Shown piece by piece: positions 41,955 through 51,706 of a stretch of 64,000 bases of DNA. Every line of letters begins with the position of its first letter. Positions within the stretch are counted from its first letter, which is position 1. Made by a program: the position numbers and the translations under genes. The notes beneath the pieces were generated by a model, which was not told the origin of the DNA, did not search any database, and saw only the letters and a list, made by a program, of their open reading frames with translations. This stretch comes from Desulfosudaceae bacterium (GTDB lineage Bacteria; Desulfobacterota; Desulfobacteria; Desulfobacterales; Desulfosudaceae): positions 832,001 to 896,000 of the forward strand of contig CAXXDV010000001.1 in assembly GCA_963674745.2 (NCBI GenBank), read 5' to 3'.

Positions 41955-42000
41955 CGCCCTAAACCTTGAACCTCAAACCTTGAACCTTGAACCCTGAACC
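41955..42000. repeat. Heptamer tandem repeat (AACCTTG consensus, about 6.5 units) between the two exbB-like genes
   Basis: CGCCCTA AACCTTG AACCTCA AACCTTG AACCTTG AACCCTG AACC. Confidence 0.8.
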
Positions 42001-43427
42001 TATCTGCCTCTTGTTTTAAACACCTGGTTCACAAAGGAAACCGCCTTCTCCTCCATCTGGCCGATAATATTTTCCACCCGGCGGCTGATCAGCGTGTGGG
42101 CCAGCATGAGGGGAATGGCCACGCACAAGCCCAGCATGGTAGTTACCAGGGCTTCGGAAATACCGCCCGACATCATGCGGGGATCGCCCGTACCGTAATA
42201 CGTAATGGCATGAAAGGTGTTGATCATGCCGGTTACCGTTCCCAGCAAGCCCATCAGCGGTGCGATGGCCGCCAGCATGCCCAGGGTGGACAGAAACCGC
42301 TCCAGACGCGGCACCTCATTCAATATCGCTTCCTGCAGGGCGTTTTCCATGTCCTCACGGCTCATCTGCCTGTAATCCAGCGCGGTATGGATCACCTTGG
42401 GCACGGATTTGTCTTTGTCGTTCCGGCACAGCTCCCGGCAGGCCGTCCAGTCGTCGCGGCCGACGCATTCAGAAACCCGGGCCATGAAGGTTTCAGCATC
42501 GCAATTGCGTTTGGCAAGATACCGGAACCGCTCGACCGTGATGACCGCCCCGATAGCAAGAATCAGCAGAATCGGCCAGACAATGGGGCCGCCCCTGGGA
42601 ATCTGGGCCATCAGGCTCAGCTTGTGGGTCAACTGCCTGAGCGCGGCGCCGCCGGAAATGTCAAGGCAAACCGCGTCATCGTCCCCGGCCATGTATTTTT
42701 TTATCTGGCGGGCCACGGAAAAGGACGGTTTCCGGGACAGGGCAAAAAGACGATGGCTGCTGTCGGAAAACAGCGCAAAACCCATTTCCGACGATGTCCG
42801 GTAGGCAACCGTCAGGTTCCCGACCAGTAAAATCTCGGCCGGAGAGGTTGCGCCGCTGCGATCGACCACGGTTCCGGAAGTTTTGCGGACCTGCCCGGAC
42901 AATTCAATTTCTTCGAGCAACAGATCGACCATGCGGCGGACATTGTCCATGGAGGGGAACCGCCTGGCGTCGGCCAGTTCCTGTGCCAGCGACTGCCGGT
43001 CGGGAACAAAGGCGCTCTGGGGACTTTGCCGGAACAGTTCATCCAGGTCTTTGGCGTTGGTTCGGACATACCCGATAATCTCCCGGACCACACCTGACAC
43101 TTCGGCATAGACTGTCTGGAGCTGATTTCCCTTTTCTGTCAATTGCTGCAACTGGTTTTCGGTATCGGCAATCTGCGTTTTCAGACGACTGTTTTTCTGC
43201 TCCAGGTCGGCCATGGCCTGGAGCAGGGCGTCTTTATCTTTTAAAATCGCCTGCCGGCTCTGTTCGGCCTCGGCCTCGGCCTGAAGAGCCGCCGTTTCGG
43301 CCTGACGCAGGACCGCCGCCTGCTGTTCCCGCATTTTCACGTAGTCGGCCCGCATGTCTCCGGCCGACAGGGGCAAAGGCGAGCACAACAGAAGCAGGCA
43401 CAGAAACAGGCAGGATTTTTTTTTCAT
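42000..43427 (-). CDS. Long ExbB-like (TtpC-type) protein with periplasmic coiled-coil N-domain
   Basis: MKKKSCLFL signal; coiled coil; APLMGLLGTVTGMI, GISEALVTTMLGL; ATG 43427 overlaps the upstream stop. Confidence 0.88.
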   Translation of the reverse strand: MKKKSCLFLCLLLLCSPLPLSAGDMRADYVKMREQQAAVLRQAETAALQAEAEAEQSRQAILKDKDALLQAMADLEQKNSRLKTQIADTENQLQQLTEKGNQLQTVYAEVSGVVREIIGYVRTNAKDLDELFRQSPQSAFVPDRQSLAQELADARRFPSMDNVRRMVDLLLEEIELSGQVRKTSGTVVDRSGATSPAEILLVGNLTVAYRTSSEMGFALFSDSSHRLFALSRKPSFSVARQIKKYMAGDDDAVCLDISGGAALRQLTHKLSLMAQIPRGGPIVWPILLILAIGAVITVERFRYLAKRNCDAETFMARVSECVGRDDWTACRELCRNDKDKSVPKVIHTALDYRQMSREDMENALQEAILNEVPRLERFLSTLGMLAAIAPLMGLLGTVTGMINTFHAITYYGTGDPRMMSGGISEALVTTMLGLCVAIPLMLAHTLISRRVENIIGQMEEKAVSFVNQVFKTRGR

Positions 43428-44215
43428 TTCCCGCCCTCCTGTTGCCCGGCCAGTCGGCCCAGGGGCAACCGCACCAGATCCGTTGGCCGTCGCTTCTCGG
43501 CCATGTCGATGGCGGCCTGCAACTCCCGCTGCCAGTGCCCGGGAAGTAAGCGCCATTCCGACTCGGCCACATTATAGTAGCCGGCCAGTTCCTGGTCCGG
43601 GGACAGGCAGAACAAGGCGATCCGCCCCACCCGAAGAACAAAAAACTGCCGCTGGTTGCCTTCCAGCTCAATCTGCTCCTGATAGACTTCGGTGGTGTTG
43701 CCATAGGACGCTTCAATAAAGAGGGTTTCCATGGTTTTGCGGAATTTTTCACTGGTGCTCGTCTGGGCATCATCCAGCGTTTCTTTTAGATGATCCAGAG
43801 GCACCGTTCGTTCCACGGCCAGAAACGGCATGCCGTCTTCAACCAGCCGGACCAATCGGGGATAGACCGTTTCCAGAAAAGGCAGGATAGCGGCGGCCAT
43901 TTTTCCGGCCTCCTGTATCCGGGTTTCAAGTGACTGGTTGGTGGTCTTTTGTTCGGCCACCGATTCCTGCAGTTGACTCAGCCGATCGGTTAAAACGGCC
44001 TGTTCCTGCACAAGCGCTTCATACCTGGCAACCAGCCGCCCCCGCTCGGCTTGCCATTGATCAAGTTCCACCTGGGTACGGACGCGGGTATCGATGGACT
44101 GGTCAATAGGCGCCCGTAATTGCCCGGCAAACTCCTGAGCCGCCAGCGGCAAACAGGTCCGAACACATACGGCAAGTGTAATGCAAACCGTCAGCATTGA
44201 ACGTTTAATCAGCAT
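43424..44215 (-). CDS. DUF3450 (TtpB-like) periplasmic protein
   Basis: Signal peptide, coiled coil, MPFLAVER, SEKFRK...EASYG, LRVGRIAL; usual first gene of such Ton operons. Confidence 0.82.
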   Translation of the reverse strand: MLIKRSMLTVCITLAVCVRTCLPLAAQEFAGQLRAPIDQSIDTRVRTQVELDQWQAERGRLVARYEALVQEQAVLTDRLSQLQESVAEQKTTNQSLETRIQEAGKMAAAILPFLETVYPRLVRLVEDGMPFLAVERTVPLDHLKETLDDAQTSTSEKFRKTMETLFIEASYGNTTEVYQEQIELEGNQRQFFVLRVGRIALFCLSPDQELAGYYNVAESEWRLLPGHWQRELQAAIDMAEKRRPTDLVRLPLGRLAGQQEGGK

Positions 44216-44316
44216 GCTTTTCTCCCCAGCCCTAACACGAATATTTCATAAATTTTCCCAGCCCGGGCGAGCCACCTTGAGCATACGTGCTTTGTTGCAG
44301 GCCGCTCGCAAATCTT

Positions 44317-44375
44317 GTAGGGGCGGCCCCCTGTGGCCGCCCTGTTGAAGGGCACCCACAGGGGGGTGCCCCTAC
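44317..44375. repeat. GTAG-type REP doublet inside the riboswitch-controlled leader
   Basis: GTAGGGGCGGCCCCCTGTGGCCGCCC...GGGCACCCACAGGGGGGTGCCCCTAC. Confidence 0.85.
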
Positions 44376-44430
44376 GTGAGCAGGCGTCCGGAACCTTGCC
44401 CCCTGGAATCCTCGGCCCCTTGAACCCTCT

Positions 44431-44467
44431 AAATACAAATCCCGGACCGCAACTCAACGATCCGGGA
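44431..44467 (-). terminator. Candidate attenuator terminator of the cobalamin riboswitch
   Basis: Minus strand TCCCGGATCGT-TGAGTT-GCGGTCCGGGA-TTTGTATTT. Confidence 0.5.
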
Positions 44468-44529
44468 ATAACCCTGTTTTATCCGCAAGATCCTGCGATA
44501 TCCGCTGCGCCCACAGCAAAACCGCTCCT

Positions 44530-44700
44530 TGACCAGGCAGGTCTTCTGGCTTTCGAATCATCCTGGCGGCTGCGTCTTCCCGGCGTCAACACGACAGTGA
44601 CATAATTACAGCCTTCGTCCTCGATTACAGCGGCGGGTCCGCTCCCGTTTTTCACGGGATTCCCTATTAAGCTTAAAAAAAGCGCCTGATCTGTTGTTCT
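44530..44700 (-). ncRNA. Cobalamin riboswitch
   Basis: Minus strand: AGGCGC...TTAATAGGGAATCCCGTGAAAAACGGGAGCGGACCCGCCGCTGTAA...CACTG...GGGAAG...AGCCAGAAGACCTGCC (B12 box). Confidence 0.93.
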
Positions 44701-44708
44701 GTTGCCGC

Positions 44709-44799
44709 ATCTTATATATAATCCGCCTGAATATCAAGGGGTTTTGTTTTTTCAGGGCGCCGAAAAAACATTGACGACGGATTCCGGCTGATATACAAA
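44709..44799. promoter_or_regulatory. Divergent sigma70 promoters: TTGATA-17-TAAGAT (minus, riboswitch) and TTGACG-17-TACAAA (plus, radA)
   Basis: Minus 44737-44709; plus 44771-44799. Confidence 0.55.
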
Positions 44800-44843
44800 A
44801 ACAAGAAACTTTCAAATAATTTCCAACATTTCAAAAGATACTA

Positions 44844-46208
44844 ATGAAGAACGTCAAAACCGTTTTCTGCTGTCAAAACTGCGGCCACCAGGCGCCCAAG
44901 TGGATGGGACGATGCCCGGAATGCGAGGGCTGGGGCACGTTTGCGGAAGAACCGGTGGGCGCAGGGGCAAAAACCGCCGCAGCCGTTCCGAAAGGCAGGG
45001 GCCCCAAACCGGTGGCCCTGAGTGAGGTGGAGATCGCCGATGAACAGCGGCTCCAGACGGGTATCAGTGAGTTTGACCGGGCCCTGGGCGGCGGCATTGT
45101 GGCCGGCTCCCTGGTCCTGATCGGCGGCGATCCCGGCATCGGAAAGTCCACCCTCATGCTCCAGGCCGCCCGGAACCTGGCTGAAAAAGGCCATACCGTG
45201 CTCTATGTATCCGGTGAAGAGTCATTAAAGCAGCTGAAAATGAGAAGCGAACGACTGGGCGGAGACAGCGCCCTGGACATCATGGCCGTTGCTGAAACCG
45301 ACATCGAAGCGGTCACGGCCATGGCCGATTCCATGCGGCCGCAGGCCATGATCGTTGACTCCATTCAGACCATGGCCAGCCCGGATTTTTCGTCCGCACC
45401 GGGCAGTGTGGGCCAGGTGCGCGAAGCCACCATGCGCCTGATGGCGCTGGCCAAGCAGACCGGCGTGCCGGTTTTTCTGATCGGCCATGTCACCAAGGAC
45501 GGCACCATTGCCGGGCCTCGCATCATGGAACACATGGTGGACACGGTGCTTTATTTCGAAGGCGACAAGAACCAGGTCTTCCGGATCCTTCGGGCCGTTA
45601 AAAACCGGTTTGGCTCCACCAATGAAATCGGGGTATTTGAGATGAAAACCGCCGGCCTGGATGAAGTGGCCAACCCCTCGGCGGTTTTTCTGTCTGAAAA
45701 GCCGGACCATTCAGCCGGATCAGTGGTTTCGGCCAGCATGGAAGGCACCCGCCCCATCCTGGTGGAACTGCAGGCACTGGCCAGCCGGTCCAGCCTGGGC
45801 ACGCCCCGCCGGACCATCCTGGGGCTGGACCAGAACCGCGTCGCCCTGCTGGTGGCGGTAATGGAGAAAAAACTGGGCATGGAGCTGATGGGTTACGATG
45901 TGTTCATGAATGTCGCCGGCGGGGTCAGGATCAACGAACCGGCCGTCGATTTGGGTATTCTTGCCGCCGTGGCTTCCAGCTTTCTGGACCGGCCCATCAA
46001 GGCCGGAACCGTGGTCCTGGGAGAAGTGGGGCTGACGGGTGAAGTAAGGGCCATCAATCACATTGAGACCCGGGTGGCGGAAGTCAAAAAAATGGGGTTT
46101 GAAAACTGTGTGCTGCCCTACAGCAATTTAAAACGCATGCGAAATGAAAAACGGATTTCCATCACCGGCGTAAAAACCATTTCAGAAGCGATCGAAGCGC
46201 TGTTTTAA
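44844..46208 (+). CDS. radA: DNA repair protein RadA/Sms
   Basis: CQNCG...CPEC Zn finger, GGDPGIGKSTL, KNRFG, Lon-like C-domain. Confidence 0.97.
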   Translation: MKNVKTVFCCQNCGHQAPKWMGRCPECEGWGTFAEEPVGAGAKTAAAVPKGRGPKPVALSEVEIADEQRLQTGISEFDRALGGGIVAGSLVLIGGDPGIGKSTLMLQAARNLAEKGHTVLYVSGEESLKQLKMRSERLGGDSALDIMAVAETDIEAVTAMADSMRPQAMIVDSIQTMASPDFSSAPGSVGQVREATMRLMALAKQTGVPVFLIGHVTKDGTIAGPRIMEHMVDTVLYFEGDKNQVFRILRAVKNRFGSTNEIGVFEMKTAGLDEVANPSAVFLSEKPDHSAGSVVSASMEGTRPILVELQALASRSSLGTPRRTILGLDQNRVALLVAVMEKKLGMELMGYDVFMNVAGGVRINEPAVDLGILAAVASSFLDRPIKAGTVVLGEVGLTGEVRAINHIETRVAEVKKMGFENCVLPYSNLKRMRNEKRISITGVKTISEAIEALF

Positions 46209-46218
46209 ACGTTATTTT

Positions 46219-46845
46219 ATGTCAAAACAATCAAACAATACCCGAAAGCGGCCGGACTTTTACGCACAGAAGGCCAAAAAAGAGCACTACCCGGCCCGGT
46301 CGGTATATAAACTGATGGAAATACAAAAGAAACACAAAGTCCTTAAAAAAGGCGCCACCGTCATCGACCTGGGCTGCGCCCCGGGTTCCTGGCTCATGTA
46401 CACGGCCGAAGTGGTCGGCGATCAAGGAAACGTTACCGGCATCGACAAAACCCCTGTAACCGTGCCCATGCCGCCCCAGGTCACCACGTATGCTGCTGAT
46501 ATCTTTGAGTTGAACCCGGATGACCCGATATTCGGCGACCGGCCGGCGGATGCCGTTTTAAGCGACATGGCACCGTCGACCACCGGCCATTCCGCCACCG
46601 ATGCCGCCCGCTCCTTTGAGTTGTCCGTGTCAGCGCTGACATTCGCCAAAACCGCCCTTAAAACCGGGGGAAACTTTATCTGTAAAATTTTCCAGGGTGA
46701 AGATTTTAAAATGTTCACGGATATGGTAAGAAAAGAATTTAACCGGTGTGTTATTTTTAAACCGGCCAGTTGCCGGAATGACAGCCGGGAAACATATGTA
46801 ATTGGATTGGGAAAAAAGGAGCCGGTCAATGTCAGGTCACAATAA
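46219..46845 (+). CDS. rlmE: 23S rRNA Um2552 methyltransferase
   Basis: [34 protein letters not shown]. Confidence 0.93.
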   Translation: MSKQSNNTRKRPDFYAQKAKKEHYPARSVYKLMEIQKKHKVLKKGATVIDLGCAPGSWLMYTAEVVGDQGNVTGIDKTPVTVPMPPQVTTYAADIFELNPDDPIFGDRPADAVLSDMAPSTTGHSATDAARSFELSVSALTFAKTALKTGGNFICKIFQGEDFKMFTDMVRKEFNRCVIFKPASCRNDSRETYVIGLGKKEPVNVRSQ

Positions 46846-47572
46846 ATGGTCATCTATCAAGCATAAAAAACAGGCGGCGGACGCCAAACGGGGCAAGGTA
46901 TTCACCAAGCTGATCAAGGAGATTACGGTTTCGGCCCGGGCGGGCGGGGGAGATCCGACAGCAAACGCCAGGCTGAGAAGCGCCATCCAGGCCGCCAAAG
47001 ACGAAAACATGCCCAAGGACAACATTGACCGGGCCGTCAAAAAGGGAACCGGTGAACTGGAAGGCGCCAACTATGAAGAACTGACCTATGAAGGCTATGG
47101 CGCCGGCGGTGCCGCTGTTTACCTGGAATCCCTGACAGACAATAAAAACCGTACCGTCAGTGATGTCCGCCATATTTTCAGCCGGCACAACGGCAGCCTG
47201 GGTGAAAACGGCTGCGTGGCCTGGATGTTTGAAAAAAAAGGTTTTTTTGAAATCGACAAATCGGTGGCCGATGAAGACACGGTCATGGAAACCGCCATTG
47301 AAGCCGGCGCGGAAGATGTCCGGGAAGCGGAAGAAGCATTTGAAATCATAACGGATGTGAGTGATTTTGAAGCCGTCAAAGAAGCACTGACAAACGCTGA
47401 CATCACCTTTTCCTTTGCCGAAGTGACCATGCTTCCCCAGAACACGGTTGATCTCGGGCCCAAAGAATCGGAACAGATGTTAAAGCTGTTAGAGGCCCTG
47501 GATGACTGCGACGACGTCCAGAAGGTGTATACCAACGCCAATCTTGACGAGAGCGTCGACTCTGACGATTGA
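46829..47572 (+). CDS. yebC: YebC/PmpR family protein
   Basis: [45 protein letters not shown]. Confidence 0.95.
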   Translation: MSGHNKWSSIKHKKQAADAKRGKVFTKLIKEITVSARAGGGDPTANARLRSAIQAAKDENMPKDNIDRAVKKGTGELEGANYEELTYEGYGAGGAAVYLESLTDNKNRTVSDVRHIFSRHNGSLGENGCVAWMFEKKGFFEIDKSVADEDTVMETAIEAGAEDVREAEEAFEIITDVSDFEAVKEALTNADITFSFAEVTMLPQNTVDLGPKESEQMLKLLEALDDCDDVQKVYTNANLDESVDSDD

Positions 47573-47632
47573 TGGCAACATCGGGCCCCGCAGACTGTGT
47601 CGCAATTCGTTATTTGGGAAAAATATAACTAA

Positions 47633-47726
47633 AATGGGTGCCACGGGCGAAGCGACAGCTTGCCCGTGAATAATCATATCGCTACAAGAAACACGGGCAA
47701 CCTTCGGTTGGCCCGTGGCACCCATT
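47633..47726. repeat. Second-class REP-like inverted doublet
   Basis: AATGGGTGCCACGGGC and GCCCGTGGCACCCATT form a perfect 16-bp IR; each half has its own CACGGGC/GCCCGTG hairpin. Confidence 0.75.
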
Positions 47727-47799
47727 AAAGAAATAACAACTTTGCCGCCATGCACTCGGCCGCTTGGCCGCAATTGAGTTTTTGACGCGGCCTTCCTGG

Positions 47800-48693
47800 T
47801 TATTTTAAGGCCAGCATCTTCTCGACCGCCCCCAGCGCACGCTGCTGAACGTCGACCGGCACCTTGACTTCGGGGGCCATGTTTTCAAGACAGTCGGCAA
47901 TCGATTCCGGGGTAATCCGCTTCATATCCGGGCAGATCATTTTTTCCGAAACCGGATAAAACGATTTCTCGGGACAGGCTTTTTTCAAAGCATAAAGAAG
48001 ACCGTTTTCCGTTGCCACCAGAAAAGACCCGGCTTCCGACTCCCGGGCGTATCTGAGCATGCCGGACGTGCTCAAAACCACGTCTGCCATCGCCAGGACT
48101 TCGGCCCGGCATTCGGGATGCGCCATGACCGCCGCATCCGGATGCTGCGCCTGGGCCCTGACGACATCATCCGCCCGCAACGCGTCGTGGATCGGGCAAT
48201 ACCCTTCCCAGAGATGGACTTTTTTATCGGTCAGACCGGCCGTGTAAGCGGCCAGGTTCCTGTCCGGTGTCATCAGGACTTCTTTAGCTTCCAGGCTGTT
48301 GATCACTTTCGCAGAGTTGGCGGAGGTACAGCAGACCGTGGAAAGGGCCTTGACCGAAGCCGGCGAATTGACGTACGTCACCACCGGCATAGAGGCCCCC
48401 AGCTCACTGATCTTTTTCTTCAGCGTTGAAACGGTCACCATATCCGCCATGGGACAACCCGCGTCCATGGCCGGTAAAAGAACGGTCTTATCGGGGCAGA
48501 CAATCGAAGCGGTTTCAGCCATAAAATGCACGCCACAAAAGACAATCACATCGGCCCTGGTTTTTGAGGCCCTGATCGCCAGCTCCAGGGAATCACCGCA
48601 CAGATCGGCCAGGTCCTGAATCTCCGGCGGCTGATAGTTGTGCGCCAGGATGATGGCGTTTCTTTTCTTTTTCAGTTCTTCAATTTTATCCAT
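47800..48693 (-). CDS. nadA: Quinolinate synthase A
   Basis: ILAHNYQ, FCGVHFMAET, GCPMA, YVNS, CTSANS, CPIH, AHPEC, CPDMK. Confidence 0.96.
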   Translation of the reverse strand: MDKIEELKKKRNAIILAHNYQPPEIQDLADLCGDSLELAIRASKTRADVIVFCGVHFMAETASIVCPDKTVLLPAMDAGCPMADMVTVSTLKKKISELGASMPVVTYVNSPASVKALSTVCCTSANSAKVINSLEAKEVLMTPDRNLAAYTAGLTDKKVHLWEGYCPIHDALRADDVVRAQAQHPDAAVMAHPECRAEVLAMADVVLSTSGMLRYARESEAGSFLVATENGLLYALKKACPEKSFYPVSEKMICPDMKRITPESIADCLENMAPEVKVPVDVQQRALGAVEKMLALK

Positions 48694-48725
48694 GATTACA
48701 ATAAGAGGAGATTTTTACAATACCA

Positions 48726-49403
48726 TCAGTTCCGGGAATCCAGCTGCATCACATCCGCGCCTTCCGGGGGAGAAAACGCGAACAGGGCGGCATCAATTGC
48801 GCCTCCCAGTTGAATATCGGAAAAGACAATACGGGTCAAATCGTCATAAACATTAATGGTTTCCAGTTCCTGAACCAGCCCGCTCTGCCTGGACACGTAA
48901 AAATAAATCGCTTCCAGGTCAGCCGTTTTATTTTCCGGCACCAGTTTTAGTGTGTAATACCCCGGTTTCTGGCGGTTCTGATCGATGCTGACCTGATTCT
49001 TTTCCTCAATAGTGCTGATTGCCGCCAGAAAACTGACGCCCTGGCCATCGCCGAACAAATCGGAAACGTCACCCGCCAGCACCTGGTTCTCCTGGGGCTT
49101 GAATATCCAAAGCCTTGTTCCATCGGTAATGATCTGCTGGGGTTCCGGCTCAACGTACTCCCAGCGCATTTTTCCGGGCTCCATAAAATAAGCCCGTCCG
49201 GAAGCCGTGTCGGTTATATCCATGGCTTTCAACGTGGAAGTCTGTTCAAAGCGGGCCTGAAAGCTGCCGCAACCGTATGTGTTCTGAATTTGTTTTAGAA
49301 GATCGGAAGCCGATAGCCCGGTAACCTCGGGTGACTCTGCCGGGCACCAGACAGCCGACAACCAGACCATAAAAAAAACACCTGTCATCAGAGCCTTTTT
49401 CAA
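48726..49403 (-). CDS. lolA: Outer-membrane lipoprotein carrier LolA
   Basis: FQARFEQ, PGKMRWEY, IITDGTRLW, FAFSPPEGADV; probable TTG start at 49403 after AAGGA (ORF extends to 49457). Confidence 0.85.
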   Translation of the reverse strand: MKKALMTGVFFMVWLSAVWCPAESPEVTGLSASDLLKQIQNTYGCGSFQARFEQTSTLKAMDITDTASGRAYFMEPGKMRWEYVEPEPQQIITDGTRLWIFKPQENQVLAGDVSDLFGDGQGVSFLAAISTIEEKNQVSIDQNRQKPGYYTLKLVPENKTADLEAIYFYVSRQSGLVQELETINVYDDLTRIVFSDIQLGGAIDAALFAFSPPEGADVMQLDSRN

Positions 49404-49505
49404 TTTTTCCTTCCACACTGAAAAATGGTCGACCGTAAAAAATGAATACAACGCCACCCATAATTCGAGGAACCGGGGTGTTATTGCGATGTTTAAAGGG
49501 CCGGA

Positions 49506-49823
49506 TTAGTCTTCATCAAGAAACAAAACGCCGCATCCGTAACGGCTTGCCCCCCTGTCGTCCAACTCCAGACACCAGCGTACCTCCGCCCGACGACTGT
49601 GCCATGTGCCGGAACTCACCGGATCAAGGGCCGAGTTGTCATCTGTTTTGATCATAACGTAAGCCCCCGGGCATAACGGATCCGATATTTCAAAGTATAC
49701 GCCCCCCTCACTGTAATTAAGCATCAATGCCGAAGACAGTATCTGAGGCATGTCTCTTGAAACAACAATGGGTATCGTGCATTTAAACCTGGGGTGCGCC
49801 CGCCGCTGCCTTTGTTCAACCAT
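49506..49823 (-). CDS. Stand-alone PilZ-domain protein
   Basis: RRAHPR (RxxxR) and NYSEGG (D/NxSxxG), AEVRW, GCGVLF; AGGAG RBS. Confidence 0.88.
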   Translation of the reverse strand: MVEQRQRRAHPRFKCTIPIVVSRDMPQILSSALMLNYSEGGVYFEISDPLCPGAYVMIKTDDNSALDPVSSGTWHSRRAEVRWCLELDDRGASRYGCGVLFLDED

Positions 49824-50025
49824 TTTCTTACTTCTCCTTTCAGCTCAAATCAGGGCGTAAAAAAAAACGCGTCCACGAATGTTCGCGACAACAAAAATGG
49901 ACAATTCTAACTATTAGAAATACCAAACCATCGGGGAAAAGTCAATCCTGAAGACCTGAAACCTGAAATTTCCAGCCGGCAGCCTGACCGGCGCCATTGC
50001 AGGAAAGATGTTTTTTAGCGTAAAA

Positions 50026-51513
50026 TCAGTGTGCTGACTGTTTTTCCCGGGGTGCATAATCCATAATGGTCAATCGGATTCTGCCGATCACCGGAATCAA
50101 ATCCAATTGCTGATCCGGTTGCCCCCCGGCCAGCCGGATATGGGTCACATCCGCCGGCATCTGCCCCAGGGTGGCATCGGCGGTTATCCAACCGCCTTCG
50201 ACATAAAACCGGTTCCAGGCATGATAGAAGAATCTGCCTTTCATATAAACAATGCCGGTTTCCACCTGGGCGGGAATACCGGCTGCCCGTCCCAATGCCG
50301 CCAGAAGCATGGCGTGTTCATTGCAATCTCCCTGACGATGGACCAGGGTTGAAAGCGCATTGGGCATGGACACAACCGGTTTTTTATCAATATTTTCATA
50401 TACCCAGCGCATCAATTGTTCCGCCCGAACCCGGTCGGATCGACCTGGCGGCGCAATTTGAGCCGACAGCGCGCGGATGTCCGGATTATCAGATTGAATA
50501 AAAGCGTTGGGCATAAGAAAGGGCTGCAGCTTCTCTTCTGCGTGTCCGGCAACACCGGACAGGGTTTCTTTTTTAATGGTCAACTCCCTTCCGGAAAGGG
50601 TTTGCCGACCACCGGACAGCGCCAGCCGCTCAAGATCAACCGCTTCGAGGCTTACTTTCAACATGTCCAACTGCTGTGGCTTGTCAAACACCACATTGGA
50701 TTCAATGGCCATTAAATCCGTCAGGTCACCCGGCCCCCGGTCCACCCTGGCCAACGCTTCATGCTTGTCTACTTTTACCAGCGACAGGCCCAACAGTCCA
50801 CTTTCCTTTAAAATCTCGCCGTGTTCGCTGATCCAGACCTGCTGCGACATGCCCTTGAAATCAATTGCAAGGCGGGTGGCGGCCTGGTTTAAATCCATAA
50901 CCTCGATAAATTCTTTTTCCTCCACCGTGACCCTTACCGGAACAACCGACATACTGGAAGGATCAAAAATCGAAACGGACATTGCGTCCCCGGGGGCCAT
51001 GCCCGAATTACAGACCGCATAGATCAACCCGGCCGGCAGGTAGGGGGTTTCATCAACCAAAAGTTTTATTGTTTCGGATTTTCCCTCAACTTCAGTGGTC
51101 ACGACCAGGGTTTTATCCTTCATGACGCCCTGAGCCGCAAATTCGAACTGACCGGACCGCAATCGGCTTTCAAACGACCGCAACGTCAGGTTGCTGTTGA
51201 GTATGGCGGCCAGATGAAGATTGACCCGGTGCGTCAGGCTCATCATGTTCACCTGCAGAAACATGTCTTCTTCAATGGCATAATGGTCGGTCATGTTTTT
51301 AAAAACGGAATGCGAATAGCCGATTTTCCGATCGTTCTGCAGAATATTCATCCATGTTTCCCGATCCGGAAGGGGCTGGTCGTCACTGATGACAAGGGAG
51401 CCTTTATCGGCAAGCCCGGAGAACACCCCCAGACGGACACCAAAGAGTGACAGAAACAGAACCAGACAGGCGGCTGCCGCGATCCAGAGGCCGGAAATGG
51501 ATTTTTTAGCCAT
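50026..51513 (-). CDS. Membrane-anchored transglutaminase-like protein
   Basis: N-terminal TM; catalytic triad motifs GDCNEHA, YHAW, DAT. Confidence 0.85.
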   Translation of the reverse strand: MAKKSISGLWIAAAACLVLFLSLFGVRLGVFSGLADKGSLVISDDQPLPDRETWMNILQNDRKIGYSHSVFKNMTDHYAIEEDMFLQVNMMSLTHRVNLHLAAILNSNLTLRSFESRLRSGQFEFAAQGVMKDKTLVVTTEVEGKSETIKLLVDETPYLPAGLIYAVCNSGMAPGDAMSVSIFDPSSMSVVPVRVTVEEKEFIEVMDLNQAATRLAIDFKGMSQQVWISEHGEILKESGLLGLSLVKVDKHEALARVDRGPGDLTDLMAIESNVVFDKPQQLDMLKVSLEAVDLERLALSGGRQTLSGRELTIKKETLSGVAGHAEEKLQPFLMPNAFIQSDNPDIRALSAQIAPPGRSDRVRAEQLMRWVYENIDKKPVVSMPNALSTLVHRQGDCNEHAMLLAALGRAAGIPAQVETGIVYMKGRFFYHAWNRFYVEGGWITADATLGQMPADVTHIRLAGGQPDQQLDLIPVIGRIRLTIMDYAPREKQSAH

Positions 51514-51588
51514 ACAAACACCTTATAAATAACATAAACATCTTTACTATATAGAACTGATCCCAAAAAAATGGCCGGCTGGAACGTT

Positions 51589-51628
51589 AATCACATAACC
51601 ACTTAAACACATAATCACATAGACTTTT
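51589..51628. repeat. Octamer tandem repeat (AATCACAT consensus)
   Basis: AATCACAT AACCACTT AAACACAT AATCACAT AGACTTTT. Confidence 0.6.
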
Positions 51629-51706
51629 AAGTACCACTGTTACTTATAGGTTTGGTTCCGGGCCGTGCCCGGGTGGGACGCTAATAAAGAATTTTCCCAA
51701 ATGCCA

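Noticed and set aside
43416..43424. A9 tract just after the long-ExbB start as a phase-variation site
   Set aside because: It is in frame and encodes the usual Lys-Lys-Lys of a signal peptide; poly-A tracts are common in this window.
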